Shown here in pieces: positions 60,735 through 64,000 of a stretch of DNA of 64,000 bases. Source of the DNA: Bacteroidota bacterium (GTDB lineage Bacteria; Bacteroidota; Bacteroidia; UKL13-3); NCBI GenBank assembly GCA_027491355.1, contig JAIXWI010000005.1:38228-102227 (forward strand), written 5' to 3'. A program made the translations under genes and the position numbers. How positions within the stretch are numbered: the stretch's first letter is position 1; the number at the start of each line of letters is the position of its first letter. The notes under the pieces are model-generated. The model searched no databases, was not told the DNA's origin, and saw only the letters and a list, made by a program, of their open reading frames with translations.

Positions 60735-61598
60735 ATGAGGCAGCTGAAAATTAGTAAACAGTTCACCAATCGCGAAAGCAAATCTTTGGACAAATACCTG
60801 AATGAAATCAGTAAGGTACCGATGATTGACGCGCAAGAAGAAGTGGAATTGGCAAGAAGAATTAGAGAAGGTGATCAGGTTGCATTGGAGCGTTTGGTAA
60901 ATGCCAACTTGAGGTTTGTTGTTTCAGTGTCAAAACAATACCAAAACCAAGGTTTAACACTTGGAGATTTAATCAATGAAGGCAATTTAGGCTTGATCAA
61001 AGCGGCTAAAAGATTTGACGAAACAAGGGGTTTTAAATTCATTTCATATGCTGTTTGGTGGATCCGTCAATCAATATTACAGGCTTTGGCAGACCAAAGT
61101 CGTATTGTTAGGTTACCTTTAAACAAAGTAGGTTCAATTGGAAGAATTGGAAACACCTCGGCAAAATTAGAACAAGAATTAGAGCGGGAACCAACCGTTG
61201 AAGAAATTGCAGAAGCAATGGATATTCCATTACAGGAAGTAGAAAATGCACTCAGATCTACAGGTCGTCACTTGAGTATTGATGCCCCGTTAACAGACGG
61301 TGAAGACAATACCCTTCTAGGTATTCTAGATTCAAACGATGAACCAAGACCAGATGTACAGTTGATCAATGAATCTTTACAAAAAGAAATCAACCGAGTT
61401 ATTTCTACATTGAGTGAAAAAGAAAGAGATGTGTTGAAATTCTATTATGGTTTGGATGGTGGCCCTGCCCATACCCTAGAAGACATCAGTGAAAAAATTG
61501 GATTGACCCGAGAAAGGGTTCGTCAAATCAAAGAAAAAGCACTGAGAAGACTCAGAAAATCAAGCAAAAGCAAAATTTTAAAAGCTTATTTAGGCTAA
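60735..61598 (+). CDS. rpoD: RpoD/SigA-family sigma factor (short Bacteroidota type, no region 1.1)
   Basis: 'MRQLKI', 'NLRFVVSV', '[14 protein letters not shown]', 'TRERVRQI'. Confidence 0.9.
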   Translation: MRQLKISKQFTNRESKSLDKYLNEISKVPMIDAQEEVELARRIREGDQVALERLVNANLRFVVSVSKQYQNQGLTLGDLINEGNLGLIKAAKRFDETRGFKFISYAVWWIRQSILQALADQSRIVRLPLNKVGSIGRIGNTSAKLEQELEREPTVEEIAEAMDIPLQEVENALRSTGRHLSIDAPLTDGEDNTLLGILDSNDEPRPDVQLINESLQKEINRVISTLSEKERDVLKFYYGLDGGPAHTLEDISEKIGLTRERVRQIKEKALRRLRKSSKSKILKAYLG

Positions 61599-61633
61599 AA
61601 AAATCCCGATCCAAACAGATCGGGATTTTTTTT
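61597..61633 (+). terminator. Intrinsic terminator after the sigma gene
   Basis: AAAAAAATCCCGATC-CAAACA-GATCGGGATTTTTTTT. Confidence 0.92.
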
Positions 61634-61716
61634 GACTTCTGTTCTATCCACATCATGGGAAAGAATTTCTTTTTGCTTTGATATAGAATGCTTACACTTG
61701 AGTATAATCTGATCAC

Positions 61717-63147
61717 ATGGCGTTAAGTAGATTTTGGAGCTGGATGTTAATAGCCAGTATTTGTTTTGTATTTTATTTGATGGTAACAGGAAAATTGTAT
61801 ACCCTCAATGGCTTGGTCAATGGCAAACAAAGCGACCCTGTTTTGCAAAAAGAAATGAATTTTGAGCCTACTCAATTTGACAGTGCTTTTGTACAACAAA
61901 TTCAGGCCGCCGAAAACAAACAAGTAGTCTCGAACGATACACTTTACCAATTAACCAACAAGCAAACAATAGAAGTTTATTATGGCAAACAAGCAGCAGA
62001 TGGGCTCTTTACAACCTGTAAAAACACCATGACCGATTTGTGGTTGCCATTGATTGGTTACCTGACATTTTTTTGTGGCTTGCTCAATTTATTAAAAGAT
62101 GCAAAAGCCATCGATAAAATTGCTGTAAAACTTGCACCTTTTTTTGAGCGGATTTTTCCTGAACTTCCCAAAAATCACGAAGCATTTGGTTATATGACCA
62201 TGAACTTTGCAGCAAACTTCTTGGGGCTTGACAATGCAGCTACACCTTTTGGTTTAAAAGCCATGGAAAGCATGCAACAAGTGAATACTAACAAAGAAAA
62301 AGCTTCTAACAGCCAAATCATGTTTTTGTGCTTGCATGCTGCTGGTTTGACACTCATTCCTACATCAATTATTGGATACCGTGCGGCACAACATGCCAGC
62401 AATCCTGCAGACATTATGGTACCAACAATTGTCACCTCATTTATTGGCACACTTGCCGCTTTACTATTTGTAAGTATCAAACAAAAAATAAATTTATTAA
62501 ATGGTGTAGTCATAGGTGCAGTGAGTATTGTAACAGGTATAATTGTTTTACTGATGGTTTATATCCAACAACTTGTTGGACTCGAAAAAATTCATTTTAC
62601 TGGCAATTTGAGCAATGTGGTATTACTGGCAATTATCTTGTTGATTGTAGCTTATGCTGTACTCCATGAAAAAATATTTACGCAAAACAATTCCAATTTA
62701 TTCGATTCATTCATTGATGGTGCAAAAGATGGCTTCACAACCGGCGTAAGGGTATTGCCATATATGATTGCCATGTTAGCCGCTTTGTCTATTTTCAGAA
62801 ACTCATCCCTAATGGAATTACTCATGTCTGGGTTAACAGCTGCTATGAACGCTTTTCATGTAGATCCACAAATTGTTCAATCTATTCCTGTTGCACTCAT
62901 GAGACCCTTCAGTGCAGGAGGCGCAAGAGGTTTTATGCTAGATGCCATGAAAACATATGGACCAGACAGTTTAACTGGACAATTGTCCTGCTTGTTTCAA
63001 GGAGCAGCTGAAACAACGTTTTATGTAGTTGCACTTTACTTTGGCTCTGTAAAAGTAAAAGATGCGCGTTATACCTTGGGAATTATGCTACTGGTAGATT
63101 TGGTATGTGTAATAGCAGGAATTGGTATTTGTAAAATTTATTTTTAA
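61717..63147 (+). CDS. SpmA/SpmB-fusion membrane protein (nucleoside-recognition Gate domains)
   Basis: 'ANFLGLDNAATPFGLKAM', 'RPFSAGGARG', 'ETTFYVVALYFGSV'. Confidence 0.9.
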   Translation: MALSRFWSWMLIASICFVFYLMVTGKLYTLNGLVNGKQSDPVLQKEMNFEPTQFDSAFVQQIQAAENKQVVSNDTLYQLTNKQTIEVYYGKQAADGLFTTCKNTMTDLWLPLIGYLTFFCGLLNLLKDAKAIDKIAVKLAPFFERIFPELPKNHEAFGYMTMNFAANFLGLDNAATPFGLKAMESMQQVNTNKEKASNSQIMFLCLHAAGLTLIPTSIIGYRAAQHASNPADIMVPTIVTSFIGTLAALLFVSIKQKINLLNGVVIGAVSIVTGIIVLLMVYIQQLVGLEKIHFTGNLSNVVLLAIILLIVAYAVLHEKIFTQNNSNLFDSFIDGAKDGFTTGVRVLPYMIAMLAALSIFRNSSLMELLMSGLTAAMNAFHVDPQIVQSIPVALMRPFSAGGARGFMLDAMKTYGPDSLTGQLSCLFQGAAETTFYVVALYFGSVKVKDARYTLGIMLLVDLVCVIAGIGICKIYF

Positions 63148-64000
63148 ATGCCTGCTTGGATACAAGTAACTTTAGAAGGTGTACTGCTTACCGTCATGGT
63201 TTTTCCTATCAATAAACATTTATTTATTTTTTCGTGACCACATGGCAATCCAAATACAATTGGAATTTGGTAGACCGATAAAGCCTCTTGGATGATTTCA
63301 TTTGCACATTTACCAAATGGGATGGCGTTGTCTTTCATATCGCTCATGCCCCCTATTAAAACTGCTTTCAATCCTTTAAAGAAATTTGCTCTTTTAAGGC
63401 CCATCATCATGCGGTCTATGTGATACAGGTATTCGTCTAGGTCTTCTAAAAACAAAATTTTATTGCTTGGGTCTGGTAAACTTTCAGAACCCAACATCGC
63501 ATACAATACCGATAAATTACCGCCAATTAATTCACCTGAAACAGGTAGGTTTGTCATGAGGGTGTTATGAGGATGTTGGTCAAATTCTATCGCAACACCT
63601 TCGCCAAACAATGCACTTTTTAAACTTTCAACAGAAACCCTATCAAAGCGTTCAGGTTGCATGTTAAATGCCATGCATGCATGCATACTTGGTATATGAT
63701 ATTTTGCAGACAAATGCGCTAAAAACACCGTAATATCACTAAAGCCAATGAGCCATTTAGGTTGTTGTAGAAACTTGTCAAAGTTCAAAGAGTCGATGAT
63801 TCGTATACTTCCATAACCACCTCTGGCAAACAAAATGGCTTCAATTTGAGGGTCATCCAAAAGTTGTTGTAAACCCATTGTTCTGACTTCATCTGTTCCG
63901 GCAAACTGATGCTGTTCCTCATAAATTGTGTCCGATAAAACAACCTTTAAACCCCAAGATGCTAATACAGCAACTGCATCAGCAATTTCTGCTGCATTTA
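63144..64000 (-). CDS. LD-carboxypeptidase (S66), 5'-truncated by the window edge
   Basis: Frame open to the window end (FAGTDEVR); 'ARGGYG', 'GFSDIT', 'GGNLS', 'LEDLDE', 'GH'. Confidence 0.93.
   Translation of the reverse strand, partial: NAAEIADAVAVLASWGLKVVLSDTIYEEQHQFAGTDEVRTMGLQQLLDDPQIEAILFARGGYGSIRIIDSLNFDKFLQQPKWLIGFSDITVFLAHLSAKYHIPSMHACMAFNMQPERFDRVSVESLKSALFGEGVAIEFDQHPHNTLMTNLPVSGELIGGNLSVLYAMLGSESLPDPSNKILFLEDLDEYLYHIDRMMMGLKRANFFKGLKAVLIGGMSDMKDNAIPFGKCANEIIQEALSVYQIPIVFGLPCGHEKINKCLLIGKTMTVSSTPSKVTCIQAGI

Noticed and set aside
1-64000. CRISPR arrays, IS elements, prophage, defence systems, rRNA
   Set aside because: No repeat-spacer arrays, transposase, integrase, phage or defence motifs were seen, and nearly all of the sequence is explained by the listed genes.

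Overview
AT-rich, tightly packed chromosomal segment of a Bacteroidota bacterium. This call rests on T9SS type-B C-terminal domains (CTDs), gldH, a short SigA-type sigma factor and TAnnTTTG -7 promoter elements. It holds about 53 CDS and one tRNA-Gln(UUG). Most genes are housekeeping (tdk, thiL, sucD, cysS, pth, rplY, prs, fumC, radA, murQ, trmB, purL, tatC, rpiB, meaB, holB, msbA, feoAB), mixed with surface-polysaccharide genes. I saw no mobile element, prophage or CRISPR array. The most interesting locus is 7.7-18 kb. An ECF sigma factor with a probable autoregulated promoter is translationally coupled to a membrane-anchored anti-sigma-like protein whose only folded extracytoplasmic domain is a T9SS type-B CTD on a ~118-aa disordered tether. 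This pair sits between two large type-B T9SS cargo genes, suggesting a T9SS-coupled sigma switch. Other observations: a hybrid sensor kinase lacking its phospho-His, an attenuator-like rplY leader, a Fur-type box before feoAB, near-leaderless promoters, a possible antisense (excludon-like) arrangement over a LysE gene, and a small zinc-ribbon gene. All product calls come from motif recognition by eye; no database search was run.
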